From Methanocaldococcus sp. 28A (GTDB taxonomy: Archaea > AGJL01 > Methanococci > Methanococcales > Methanocaldococcaceae): 64,000 nt of DNA. The stretch's first letter is position 1. Each line of letters begins with the position of its first letter. The stretch is from the NCBI GenBank assembly GCA_049852185.1, contig CP187540.1; one strand, written 5' to 3'. Position numbers and translations under genes: made by a program. The notes under the pieces were generated by a model. That model ran no database searches. It saw only the letters and a program-made list of their open reading frames with translations, and had not been told where the DNA came from. Below, one piece after another: positions 53,099 through 63,458 of this stretch.

Positions 53099-53545
53099 AT
53101 GAAGATTGAAAAAGTAGCTGAACTACTAATAAAAGATAAAAACTTTAAAGAAAAAGAAAAATTAAAGTATTTATTAAAAGAATATATAAAAACAAAAGAC
53201 GAAATTAGTTATTTAGAAAATATTCTTGAAGATTTTGAAGAGTTAGATGTAAATCTAAACCATCTTAAAAGGGACGCGGACATTATAAAATCAATATTAC
53301 CAAGGTTAAGTAAATATACTAATATTCCTGTTTTTTTGAAAATTGTTGAAATGTTAGATATTGTTGATAGAATTGATACAAAAGAGCTTGAAGCTGTGAG
53401 ATGGAATATAAATAAAGAAATAGAAGAGCTAAATGATAAACTTAAAACAGTTGAGAATGAGTTAAAGGCTATAATAATAAATGAATCAATATCAAAAATA
53501 GGTACCTCAGATTTAGAAGAGTTTTCAAAATACTTAGAAATTTGA
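53099..53545 (+). CDS. Hypothetical coiled-coil protein (3' end possibly frameshifted)
   Basis: 148-aa ORF downstream of arcS with GGTGA RBS. Confidence 0.7.
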   Translation: MKIEKVAELLIKDKNFKEKEKLKYLLKEYIKTKDEISYLENILEDFEELDVNLNHLKRDADIIKSILPRLSKYTNIPVFLKIVEMLDIVDRIDTKELEAVRWNINKEIEELNDKLKTVENELKAIIINESISKIGTSDLEEFSKYLEI

Positions 53546-53602
53546 AATGCGAAGATAAAGAGCAAAAAGAAGAAATATGAAACTAAATAGGGCTTTTTTA
53601 TA

Positions 53603-54382
53603 TTAAAGATTAATCTCTTTAAATACTGGTTTTTCTTTTTCTACTCTTGCATATACTGAAATGTAATCTTTTATTCCACTCCATTTTATTTTCTCTCCCA
53701 AAACTTCCTGAATTTGGAATATTCCTGCTTCATTTGATAATATTATCTCTATTTTTATTGGCTTTTCATCTCCTTCTTTTATTTTAACTTTTTCTACTGC
53801 AGCAGCAGAAACTGAATGTATATCATAGCATTTTTTACATATTGGAACTCTTGACCTTCCTTTTGTCATATCTGTTCCATCTGCAACAGCTATAACTCCT
53901 GCCTCAATAGTTAAGCCCATAACTCCCTCACTATGGGAATAAATAGCATGTAAAACTTCAGTAGTCATTTGATAAGCTTTCTCCTCATTATAATACTTTT
54001 TTAATATATTTTCAACAATATCTAAAGCTAAGTATGCTGAATGTAAATGATGTATATCTCTGTGAACTGCATTTCCAATATCGTGGAGATAAGCTCCTAA
54101 AAGAGTTATAACTAAAGAATCTTCAAACGTTCCTTTGCAGTCTTTTACAAAACTTGGTTCTATTCCTTTTTTATGTAAAATTTTTAGCATCTTTATTGCA
54201 TTGTTTGCCACTATTTTAGCATGAGTTTTTCCGTGGTCGTTATAGCCTAATCTACCAACAGCCATTATATTTGACATTTTTAATAAAGTATTAACCTTTT
54301 TATTTTTAGTTAATTCATCATAAATCATTTTTGGAATGCCTTCTAATGAATTTAGCTCTTCATACTCCATGGTTCTCCCCAT
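53603..54382 (-). CDS. HD domain protein
   Basis: YNDHG..H, YLHDIGN, VADGTD. Confidence 0.88.
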   Translation of the reverse strand: MGRTMEYEELNSLEGIPKMIYDELTKNKKVNTLLKMSNIMAVGRLGYNDHGKTHAKIVANNAIKMLKILHKKGIEPSFVKDCKGTFEDSLVITLLGAYLHDIGNAVHRDIHHLHSAYLALDIVENILKKYYNEEKAYQMTTEVLHAIYSHSEGVMGLTIEAGVIAVADGTDMTKGRSRVPICKKCYDIHSVSAAAVEKVKIKEGDEKPIKIEIILSNEAGIFQIQEVLGEKIKWSGIKDYISVYARVEKEKPVFKEINL

Positions 54383-54412
54383 TGGACAAAAAATTTATTA
54401 AAAAATTTTTAT

Positions 54413-55489
54413 TTATTTTTTATCTTTTAGTTTTATCATTTCATCAAACAAAAACATCGTGTCGTGAGGTCCTGGTCTTGCTTCTGGGTGGAATTGAACT
54501 GAAAAGATAGGCAAATCTTTATGTTTAATACCTTCAACGGTCATATCGTTTAAATTTATAAAGCACACTTCAACGTCATCTGGTAAGCTCTCTTCCTTAA
54601 CAGCAAATCCATGGTTTTGGGAGGTTATATAAACTTTTTCAGTTTTTAGGTCTTTAACTGGCTGGTTTCCTCCTCTATGTCCAAACTTCATCTTGTATGT
54701 TTCTCCACCAAGTGCTAAGGCTAAAAGCTGGTTACCTAAACAAATTCCTGTTATTGGAACAATTCCAATTAAGTTTCTAATATTATCAATAACTTCTTTT
54801 AACCTTGCAGGGTCTCCTGGACCGTTAGAGATTAAAACAAAATCTGGATTATATTCTAAGATTTCATCATATTTTGTGTTGTATGGGACTTGAATAACTT
54901 CACAGTTTCTTTTTATAAGATTTCTTATTATATTTAATTTAACTCCACAATCAATTAGAACACATCTCGCTTTTGGATTCTCAACTTTATGAATTTTTGG
55001 TTCTTTTGTTGAAACTAAAGGAACTAAATCGATATCTGATATATCCTTATATTTTTTCACTTTCTCTAATAACTCAGATACTTCATCATCACTTATTTCT
55101 TCAGCAACCTTTAAACAGCTCTTAACAACCCCTTTATCTCTAATCTTTCTTGTTAAGAATCTTGTATCAATATCTTGAATCCCAGGGATATCATATTCCT
55201 TTAAAAAGTCATCCAAAGCTTTACTTGTAACTTCTCTAACAACAAAACCCTCTGCCTTTATTCCATCTGACTCAAACCAATCCTTTTTAACTCCATAATT
55301 CCCTTCCAATGGATACGTCATCATGACTATTTGTCCTTTATATGAAGGGTCTGTTAGAACTTCAACGTACCCAGTCATAACTGTTGTAAAAACTAACTCT
55401 CCAAAAACTTCCTTTTCTGCTCCAAAACCTTTTCCTTTTAAAATTGTCCCATCTTCTAAAACTAACACTGCCTCCATATATTTCACCAA
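54413..55489 (-). CDS. carA: Carbamoyl-phosphate synthase small subunit
   Basis: [27 protein letters not shown]. Confidence 0.97.
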   Translation of the reverse strand: MVKYMEAVLVLEDGTILKGKGFGAEKEVFGELVFTTVMTGYVEVLTDPSYKGQIVMMTYPLEGNYGVKKDWFESDGIKAEGFVVREVTSKALDDFLKEYDIPGIQDIDTRFLTRKIRDKGVVKSCLKVAEEISDDEVSELLEKVKKYKDISDIDLVPLVSTKEPKIHKVENPKARCVLIDCGVKLNIIRNLIKRNCEVIQVPYNTKYDEILEYNPDFVLISNGPGDPARLKEVIDNIRNLIGIVPITGICLGNQLLALALGGETYKMKFGHRGGNQPVKDLKTEKVYITSQNHGFAVKEESLPDDVEVCFINLNDMTVEGIKHKDLPIFSVQFHPEARPGPHDTMFLFDEMIKLKDKK

Positions 55490-55497
55490 AATACCTA

Positions 55498-55609
55498 TAT
55501 AGCTTTGTGCAAAATAAAATAAATTTTATAAGGAAAATTTGAATGCCTTCCTTTTGGAAGGCATTCATTAATGCCTTATTTATTATAACTACTTTTGCAC
55601 AAAGCTATA
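55498..55609. mobile_element. Family B element (doubly compensated TIRs)
   Basis: TATAGCTTTGTGCAAAA / TTTTGCACAAAGCTATA; hairpin GAATGCCTTCC-TTTT-GGAAGGCATTC. Confidence 0.9.
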
Positions 55610-55718
55610 AACTATCACATATATATATGATTGAGATAATCATCTATCTACTGCTTTAAGAAGATATTATCCATTTTATAATTTATGGTTGTTAATAATG
55701 ATGAAATGGTGAATAGGC

Positions 55719-57293
55719 ATGGTTAAGATATTGGTTACAGACCCTCTACATGAAGATGCTATAAAGATATTAGAAGAAGTTGGAGAGGTTGAGGTAGCAA
55801 CTAATTTAAGTAAAGAAGAATTATTAGAAAAAATTAAAGATGCAGATGTTTTGGTTGTTAGAAGTGGGACAAAAGTTACAAGGGATGTTATTGAGAAAGC
55901 TGAAAAATTAAAGGTTATTGGTAGAGCAGGGGTTGGAGTAGATAACATAGATGTTGAAGCAGCAACAGAAAAAGGGATTATAGTAGTTAATGCCCCTGAC
56001 GCTTCATCAATTTCAGTTGCAGAATTAACAATGGGATTAATGCTTGCTGCAGCGAGAAACATTCCTCAAGCAACAGCATCATTAAAAAGAGGAGAATGGG
56101 ATAGAAAGAGATTTAAAGGTATTGAATTGTATGGAAAAACACTTGGAGTTATTGGTTTAGGTAGAATAGGGCAACAAGTTGTTAAGAGAGCTAAGGCATT
56201 TGGAATGAATATTATAGGTTACGACCCTTACATTCCAAAGGAAGTTGCTGAAAGCATGGGAGTTGAGTTGATTGATGACATAAACGAGTTATGTAAGAGA
56301 GCTGATTTTATAACTTTGCATGTTCCATTAACACCAAAAACAAGACATATTATTGGAAAAGAGCAAATAGCTTTAATGAAAAAGAATGCTATAATTGTTA
56401 ATTGTGCAAGAGGAGGGCTTATAGACGAAAAAGCATTATATGAAGCTCTAAAAGAGAAAAGAATTAGAGCTGCTGCTTTGGATGTTTTTGAAGAAGAACC
56501 ACCAAAAGACAATCCATTATTGACATTAGATAATGTTATAGGAACTCCTCATCAAGGAGCTTCAACTGAAGAGGCTCAAAAAGCTGCTGGGACTATAGTA
56601 GCTGAGCAGATAAAGAAAGTTTTGAAAGGAGAATTAGCTGAGAATGTTGTAAATATGCCAAACATTCCTCAAGAAAAGTTAGGAAAGCTAAAGCCATATA
56701 TGTTATTGGCAGAAGTCCTTGGAAACATTGTCATGCAAGTGTTGGATGGCTCTGTTGGTAGAGTAGAGCTTATATACTCAGGAGAACTTGCTAAAGAAAA
56801 AACTGATTTAATAAAAAGAGCTTTCTTAAAAGGGCTATTATCTCCAATATTATTAGCTGGAATTAATTTAGTCAATGCCCCTGTTATAGCCAAAAATAGA
56901 AATATAAATGTGGTTGAAAGCACAACATCAGAAGAAAAATATGGAAATGCCATAAAAATTACTGCTGAAAGTGATAAGAAGAAATTCTCAATAGTTGGAG
57001 CTATTATAAATAACAAACCAGTTATCCTAGAAGTTGATGGATATGAAGTTAATTTTATCCCTGAAGGAGTTTTAGCAATCGTTAAACATATTGACAGACC
57101 TGGCACAATTGGTAAAGTTTGCATAACTTTAGGAGATTATGGAATAAACATTGCCAGTATGCAAGTTGGTAGAAAAGAACCTGGAGGAGAGAGCGTTATG
57201 CTATTAAACTTAGACCACGCAGTTCCTGATGAAGTTGTTGAAAAAATAAAAGAAATTCCAAATATTAAAGATATTGCAGTTGTTAATTTATAA
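55719..57293 (+). CDS. serA: D-3-phosphoglycerate dehydrogenase
   Basis: [26 protein letters not shown]-terminal ACT domain. Confidence 0.97.
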   Translation: MVKILVTDPLHEDAIKILEEVGEVEVATNLSKEELLEKIKDADVLVVRSGTKVTRDVIEKAEKLKVIGRAGVGVDNIDVEAATEKGIIVVNAPDASSISVAELTMGLMLAAARNIPQATASLKRGEWDRKRFKGIELYGKTLGVIGLGRIGQQVVKRAKAFGMNIIGYDPYIPKEVAESMGVELIDDINELCKRADFITLHVPLTPKTRHIIGKEQIALMKKNAIIVNCARGGLIDEKALYEALKEKRIRAAALDVFEEEPPKDNPLLTLDNVIGTPHQGASTEEAQKAAGTIVAEQIKKVLKGELAENVVNMPNIPQEKLGKLKPYMLLAEVLGNIVMQVLDGSVGRVELIYSGELAKEKTDLIKRAFLKGLLSPILLAGINLVNAPVIAKNRNINVVESTTSEEKYGNAIKITAESDKKKFSIVGAIINNKPVILEVDGYEVNFIPEGVLAIVKHIDRPGTIGKVCITLGDYGINIASMQVGRKEPGGESVMLLNLDHAVPDEVVEKIKEIPNIKDIAVVNL

Positions 57294-57339
57294 AAATTAA
57301 AAATTAATATTAATAATACTTTTTTATATCTGACAGTGT

Positions 57340-57733
57340 GAATTAACGAAAAGAGTCTCAAAAGCATAAACCAGGAATAGGATGAGGTTAAATAATTTAT
57401 TAAAAACGGTGATACTTGTATGTTAGTAGCATTTGATGATATACTGGTTGATTCTATATATAGTTTAGGGATATGTTCTTAGTATGGAGTAGTGGGACAT
57501 TAACGCCACAGATGCGGGAGAGAATTAGGGGTCAAGAGGGGCAGTTATTATCGAATTTACTCAATGGGAGGAGCTGGGGTTCTCTCGGAGCGAAGCGACG
57601 AGAACTTAAAAACCGTAAGGTTTTTATGTCCATGACAGGGGCAGAAACCTAAGCCAATGTATCCAGAGGGTTGATGACGCCCAAGTCCAACGTGGATTTA
57701 TATATAATTGTCCATGTTGGACAGACCCCTCAC
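57340..57733 (+). mobile_element. IS200/IS605-family tnpB 3' relic with GC-rich omegaRNA/HgcC-like region
   Basis: Decayed frame VDSIYSLGICS*YG...HRCGRE...MGGAGVLSERSDEN resembles TnpB VDPxYTSxxCxxCG/Zn finger; GC-rich 57564-57696; hairpin TGTCCA-TGT-TGGACA followed by CCCTCAC. Confidence 0.55.
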
Positions 57734-57789
57734 CATAGGCTCATCTCCAAAGCAAATAGAATTTGGTAAGCAGAGATAATTCAGATATA

Positions 57790-58320
57790 CTCATGTAATT
57801 TTTGTCTCATTTTCTGATTTTATTAGATTTTCAGATATTTCAATCAATTCATCTATAGTTCATATTTCTTTCTCAATTTGCTCTCTTTTTATTGAGATTG
57901 GAATTGTTTCCATCTTTAATCCTCTTTTTCATCTTTCTTTTTCTTCTTCATCATCTAATTCCAATAAATCATAGATAGTAATTTGATTATACTCTTCAAA
58001 CTCTCCATTTTTAAGAACTTCTTGTAATATAGATTTTCTTCTTTTAAGCTATTTTAACAAAGCATAGAGGCTTGATATAAATATCCTCTAAAGAATTATT
58101 AGTGGAAATACTATATTCCTACAATTACTTTGGAGCATGGTGTATTGGTCTCTTATATATTTAGATATGTCATTATACAAATCTATTTCATCATATGTAA
58201 TATCCAGTAACCTTTAATGTATCTTCAGAGCTATGTATAATATCTACAATAAATAGTTCTTTTAATTTTGGACTTTTAAGAATACAACCATGTTGTATTT
58301 TTATGTCTATAATCAACTCT
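57790..58320 (-). pseudogene. SNF2-family helicase relic with internal deletion and several stops
   Basis: DLYNDISKYIRDQY...RNIVFPLIIL*RIFISSLYALLK*LKRRK...REQIEKEI*TIDELI resembles LVILQRRxASSxYAL region of archaeal SNF2 defence helicases. Confidence 0.6.
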
Positions 58321-58515
58321 CGTTGAGGTTAATTATATAATTTGGCATATATACCTATATTCCTACCTTGCGATTTTAGACGCACTCTGCAATTGTTGCT
58401 ATCTAAGACACTATAACTTTAAATCAAAAATTGGCTGTAAATTTTAAATTTATCAAGTTTAAAAAATGAGGAAAAGATTTTTATATTATTGTTTAATTAT
58501 TTTACTACTAACAAA

Positions 58516-58602
58516 TATAGTTGTGTGCAAAATAAAATAAACTTTTATAATGACAATTACTAATTCCTTACTTTAATTAAGATGCTTTTGCACACAACTA
58601 TA
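58516..58602. mobile_element. Family B element lacking the central hairpin
   Basis: Perfect 17-bp TIRs, 87 bp versus the usual ~112 bp. Confidence 0.85.
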
Positions 58603-58624
58603 ATTAGCTTAAGAGGTGACTGTT

Positions 58625-58966
58625 ATGGAATTACCACCACAAATTCAAGCTCAATTAATGCAATTACAACAATTACAACAACAATTACAAATGATTTTAA
58701 TGCAAAAGCAAAGTGTTGAAGCTGAATTAAAAGAAAGTAAAAAAGCTTTAGAAGAATTAGAAAAATCTACAAGTGATGAGGTTTATAAATTAGTTGGTGG
58801 ATTATTTGTTAAAAGAAAAAAAGATGAAGTTAAAAAAGAACTTGAAGAGAAAGTAGAAACATTAGAGTTGAGAGTAAAAACATTAGAAAAACAAGAGGAG
58901 AAATTACAATCAAGATTAAAAGAATTGCAGGAAAAATTACAAAAAATGATACCTGCAGCACAGTAA
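58625..58966 (+). CDS. pfdB: Prefoldin beta subunit
   Basis: [29 protein letters not shown]. Confidence 0.94.
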   Translation: MELPPQIQAQLMQLQQLQQQLQMILMQKQSVEAELKESKKALEELEKSTSDEVYKLVGGLFVKRKKDEVKKELEEKVETLELRVKTLEKQEEKLQSRLKELQEKLQKMIPAAQ

Positions 58967-59104
58967 ATTAATTTTTTCTTTATTTTCCTTTTCAATTTTA
59001 TTATTTTTGGATTTTTAAGCTTTAAATTATGATTATTTTTAATATGCCTTTAGAGTCAATTTTCTTTTTAACATTTATTCCTACAAGTCCTTTTAATTTT
59101 ATTT

Positions 59105-60106
59105 ATGGTGAGCAAAATGAAGTTATTAGATTATTTAAAAAGAGATGAGATTCTTTTTTTATGCCATCATAATGCAGACCCTGATGCAATAGGAAGCTGT
59201 GTAGCTTTAAAATATTTAGCATCTCAATTAAATCCAAATGGAAAGTTTAGAATTTCAGCAGATTCTGTTAGTAAGATTTCAAGAAATATTTTAAATGAGA
59301 TAGGAGAGAGTGTTGATATAGAGCTTTATCCTAAATTGCCAAAAACAGTTTTTATAGTAGATACTGCCTCAATAAATCAATTAAAGATTAATTTTGATGA
59401 ATTAAAAGAGAGAGAGGTTATTTTAATAGACCACCATAAAAAAACTGATTTAGCTGATATTTGCAAATACTACCTAATTAGAGATGATTATCCATCAACA
59501 TCTGAAATTATAGCTGAAATTTTTAAAGAATTACATATTTTTCCACCAAAAAATATTAGAATTGCCCTATTGTGTGGAATTGTATATGATACGAAGCATT
59601 TAAAGTTAGCTAACTCAAGAACATTTGAGTTAATAAGTTATCTAATAAAAGATATAAGTTTTCAGAAAATTCTCTATCTATTGTCTCAAGAGATTGATTT
59701 TAGTAAGAGAACAGCCCACTTAAAGGCATGTAGTAGAATGGAAATAAGAGAGTTTGATAAGCTTAAAATAGCGTTATCTCATGTTAGCTCCTATGAAGCT
59801 TCATGTGCAAAAACTATAGTGAGTATAGGGGCAGATATAGCTTTTGTTGTAGCTGTTAGAAAAAAAGAGAAAGAAATTAGAGTTAGTGCAAGATGTAGAA
59901 AACATGTTTCTAAATATGTGCATTTAGGTAATTTGATGGAAAAGATTGGGAAAGAGTTGGGGGGTAGTGGAGGAGGCCATAGTGAAGCTGGGGGATTAAA
60001 TGCACCTTATGATAATAATAAAAGTAAAGATAAAGTTATAAAAGAGGTTTTAGATATCTGCTATAAAAGATTTGTAGAAGAGTATAAAAAAGCAAAAAAT
60101 AAATAA
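59105..60106 (+). CDS. DHH/DHHA1 phosphoesterase
   Basis: HHNADPDA, IVDT, IDHH, GGGHSEAGG. Confidence 0.9.
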   Translation: MVSKMKLLDYLKRDEILFLCHHNADPDAIGSCVALKYLASQLNPNGKFRISADSVSKISRNILNEIGESVDIELYPKLPKTVFIVDTASINQLKINFDELKEREVILIDHHKKTDLADICKYYLIRDDYPSTSEIIAEIFKELHIFPPKNIRIALLCGIVYDTKHLKLANSRTFELISYLIKDISFQKILYLLSQEIDFSKRTAHLKACSRMEIREFDKLKIALSHVSSYEASCAKTIVSIGADIAFVVAVRKKEKEIRVSARCRKHVSKYVHLGNLMEKIGKELGGSGGGHSEAGGLNAPYDNNKSKDKVIKEVLDICYKRFVEEYKKAKNK

Positions 60107-60107
60107 T

Positions 60108-60464
60108 TTAGAATGTAACAACGTTATCACTTTCTTTGACAAAAGCTATTAAATCGTGCATTGTAGCTAATTTTACACCTTCAATTAAGTCATCTTCTTT
60201 TAAACCTCTTGCTTTACAACAAGGTCCGCAAACCTTAACTGTAGCTCCAAGTTCAATAGCATTTTTCAACAACTCTAAATAATTAGGTACATCTGAAGGA
60301 TTTTGGTCTTTTTTAGCAACATATACCCCATTTTCAATCAAGAAGATATTTACATCAATCCCTTCTAATAGAGCGGTTAATGCAAATCTTAATGCGGAAT
60401 AAGCTCTTTCCTTACCATAAGGAGCCTCTGTAATAATTACAGTAAATTTCATACTTTCACCCAA
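60108..60464 (-). CDS. DsrE/F family sulfur relay protein
   Basis: APYG.E....ALRFA, FLIENGV, CGPCCKARG. Confidence 0.88.
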   Translation of the reverse strand: MGESMKFTVIITEAPYGKERAYSALRFALTALLEGIDVNIFLIENGVYVAKKDQNPSDVPNYLELLKNAIELGATVKVCGPCCKARGLKEDDLIEGVKLATMHDLIAFVKESDNVVTF

Positions 60465-60468
60465 CTAT

Positions 60469-60696
60469 TTATTTTTTAATAACAATTCTAAATCCATTTT
60501 CTGTTTCTTCAGCAGAAACTATAGTATATCCATTATTTTCAGCAAATCTTTTTATATTTTCTAATGCAGGTTTGTAATCTCCAACAACTTCTAACTCTTC
60601 TCCTTCATTTAATTCTTCTAAAGCTTTTTTTGTTTTTAAAACTGGAACTGGACAGATGTCCCCTGTAACATCAAGTTTTCTCATATCCCTCACCAT
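60469..60696 (-). CDS. TusA/SirA family sulfurtransferase
   Basis: LDVTGDICPVPVLKTKKAL. Confidence 0.92.
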   Translation of the reverse strand: MVRDMRKLDVTGDICPVPVLKTKKALEELNEGEELEVVGDYKPALENIKRFAENNGYTIVSAEETENGFRIVIKK

Positions 60697-60799
60697 TAAA
60701 TTTTTAATAGAATTGATATTAATATAATGTATAAAAAATTAATCTAAAAAAATTTTAATTGCTCATTAAGTTATTAGATTTTTTAATATCTAAGTTTAT

Positions 60800-61290
60800 T
60801 TAGTTAGATATTTTCCCATTATAATCAACTTTATAACCTATCAAAGAGAAATCTGCGTTTTAAACAAAATCCTTTAGATTTTATAGCTCGAACCTTAGGT
60901 TCGATTTCCTTACTAAACGCTCTTTCTTTTATTCGAATCTTCGAGGATAAAGATTACATTAGAGAATAATCGGGATACTTAAGTAGTTAAGTTATGTAAA
61001 AGACATAAACTCTATTTTTTTTCTTTTCTCTAACTGACGTTATGATAGTCTTTTCTTTATTAGACTACACTTTTTAATTACTTTATAGGTAAGGTATATT
61101 ATATTTATTGCTTAAATATTCTATACGATACGATTGTGAATAACCACTACAAATTTAACAAAACCGATTATTGCTTTTTGAGGTTAGATAATTACTTAAC
61201 TGTCGTTCTATCAATCCCTAACTATGACATCCCTTTAATCGTCTTTATTGGCGTTAATGTACCCACTACCCAATACTTCGCCATCTGTTT
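60800..61290 (-). mobile_element. Second, more decayed tnpB-like relic
   Basis: Minus strand AGTATTGGGTAGTGGGTACATTAACGCCA matches AGTATGGAGTAGTGGGACATTAACGCCA at 57481; its 3' part matches 11945-12003. Confidence 0.45.
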
Positions 61291-61460
61291 ATATAGAGAT
61301 GTAAAAAAATTGAAAAAAATCATTAGAAGGCTATAAAACGGTGTGATATAAAGGAATTATTTATAAATATACTATAGAGCAAATGGAAAAGAGAAAAAAG
61401 CATGAAAAAGATATAAATAAAATGAATAATTAAAAACAATAAATAAAAATCTGGGAAAGG

Positions 61461-62828
61461 ATGAAAGTTATTAGAGATTCCATTCACAAAGATATATATT
61501 TGGATGAAAACGAATTAAAGATTGTTGATAGTGAGGAATTTCAGAGATTGAGAAACATAAAACAAACAGGTTTAACACACTTAGTTTATCCGTCAGCAAA
61601 TCATACAAGATTTTAGCATTCTTTAGGAACTATGTTTATTGCTTCAAAAATAGCAGAGAAAATTAATGCAGATGTTGAACTTACAAGAGTTTCAGCATTA
61701 TTACACGATATAGGGCATCCTCCATTTTCTCACACCTTGGAAATTTGTGGCTACAACCATGAAAATTTTGGTAGAAAGAAAATTAAACACATGGATTTTG
61801 AAAATTTTTCAAAAAATGAAATTATAAAAACTCTAAGTAAGAAAAATTTAGAAGGAAAAATAATTTCAGGAGATGTGGATGCAGATAGAATGGATTATTT
61901 GTTAAGAGATAGTTATCACACTGGAACAGCTTATGGAATGATTGATTTACCAAGGATTTTGAGAGCAATAACAACATTTGAACATTTTGGAAAGATTAAA
62001 TTAGGAATTTTAAAGAAAGGTATTCAGGCAATTGAATCATTATTAGTAGCGAGGCATCAAATGTATTCAGCTGTTTATATGCATCCAACAGTTAGAATAG
62101 CTGATACAATGATGAAAAGGGCAGTTATAAAAGAAATACGAGAAAAAAATTTAAATATAAAAGATTTAGCCAATATGGATGATATTACTTTAGTGGCATT
62201 TTTAAGAAACTCTAACAACTATTTGATGGAAAGAATAGACAAAAGAAATCTTTATAAAAATCTTATAACCTATGGATATTTTGATTTGAATCCAATAGAA
62301 AAATGGATTTTTGTTAATTTAGATGAAAAACATATATTATCATTGGAAAATAAATTTTATGAGGAATTTGGATGCGATATATTTATTGACATCTATCCAA
62401 TTCCTAAAATGGAAGAGCATAATGTCTATATAATTTTAGATGAAGGAGTTAAGAGATTAGATGAAGTTTCTCCATTAGCTCAGAGCTTAAAACCATCTGA
62501 AATGAGGTTGTGGAATATCTCCATTTATGCACCAAAAGAAAAAATTAAAGAGCTTAAAGAGAACAATATAAAGGATAGAATAAATAAAATCTTAAAAGAA
62601 TTGGATATGAAGGTTGAGAGTAAGTTAATAGATATTTTAAAAGAATATGGCTCAATTAAAGGTAAAGGAAGATTTTCAGAGCTTGCAAAAGAAAAAGGTA
62701 TGTCCCCAAAAGAGTTTTACAATGAATTACATAAACTTATATTTTGTGGTTTGATAAAAGAGAAATTTAATAGGAGAAAATACATTTATAGCTTAAATTC
62801 TTTTTTGCAAAAAAATAAATATTCATAA
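61461..62828 (+). pseudogene. HD-domain phosphohydrolase (SAMHD1/dGTPase-like) with in-frame TAG at codon 52
   Basis: MKVIRDSIH...FQRLRNIKQ...YPSANHTRF*HSLG...LLHDIGH...DADRMDYLLRD; the ORF track shows only 61632-62828. Confidence 0.85.
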
Positions 62829-63395
62829 ACCTAAAAATCCTCTTCCTATTAAATGAGATATCCTTAAACATTCTGGAAATTTACTTTTAAGCCGTGTTTT
62901 TTTAATAACATTTTTAACAAAATCTATATCAGCTCCTATATATTGCACATAAATATTGTCAATTCTTTCTGGCTCTGGGAAGCTGTTTATAAGCTCTATT
63001 CTCTCATCTGCATCATTAAAGTATTTTTTAAGAGCTGAGAATATCTTCTTTTTATTTGGATATTTATCTATAACTACAACAACTGGTTTTTTTGTCTCTT
63101 TATTTATTTTCCATAAATTGGCTATATTAAACCCTCCAAATGTTATTCCTGATAAAAAAATTACTTTTATTTTTTGATAATGCTTTTCTTTAATAATATC
63201 TATTATCTTCTCTGTAACATCCATTCCATCCCTTTTAAATTTTCTAAAATAAATGCCATCTATTATTTTATTCCCTCTCATATATGTGCCTATCAAAATA
63301 CACTCTTTGTCTGTTCTATTAAAAGGAGCATCATCAAAACCTATAACCTCTATTTCATCTTTCATATATACCACAAATTTTAAATATACCTCCAT
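62823..63395 (-). CDS. DUF99 family (endonuclease V-like) protein
   Basis: IGFDDAPF, DGMDVT, GITFGGFN, PECLRISHLI. Confidence 0.85.
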   Translation of the reverse strand: MEVYLKFVVYMKDEIEVIGFDDAPFNRTDKECILIGTYMRGNKIIDGIYFRKFKRDGMDVTEKIIDIIKEKHYQKIKVIFLSGITFGGFNIANLWKINKETKKPVVVVIDKYPNKKKIFSALKKYFNDADERIELINSFPEPERIDNIYVQYIGADIDFVKNVIKKTRLKSKFPECLRISHLIGRGFLGL

Positions 63396-63458
63396 ATATT
63401 CATTAATGACGTCATATTTAATTAGTATCTTATTAATATTTTTTGTTATTGTGAGAGT

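Noticed and set aside
57560-57700. tRNA or rRNA fragment suggested by high GC
   Set aside because: No cloverleaf or T-loop consensus and no rRNA signature
57790-58100. Several in-frame TGA codons suggesting a selenoprotein
   Set aside because: The same frame also has TAG stops, the TGAs are not in Cys-like motif positions, and no SECIS was recognised; better explained as a pseudogene
61136-61336. 66-aa plus-strand ORF
   Set aside because: No RBS or motif; lies antisense to the tnpB-like relic
61614-61616. Pyrrolysine read-through
   Set aside because: No pyl genes in the window, the lineage is not known to use Pyl, and the position is a conserved Glu
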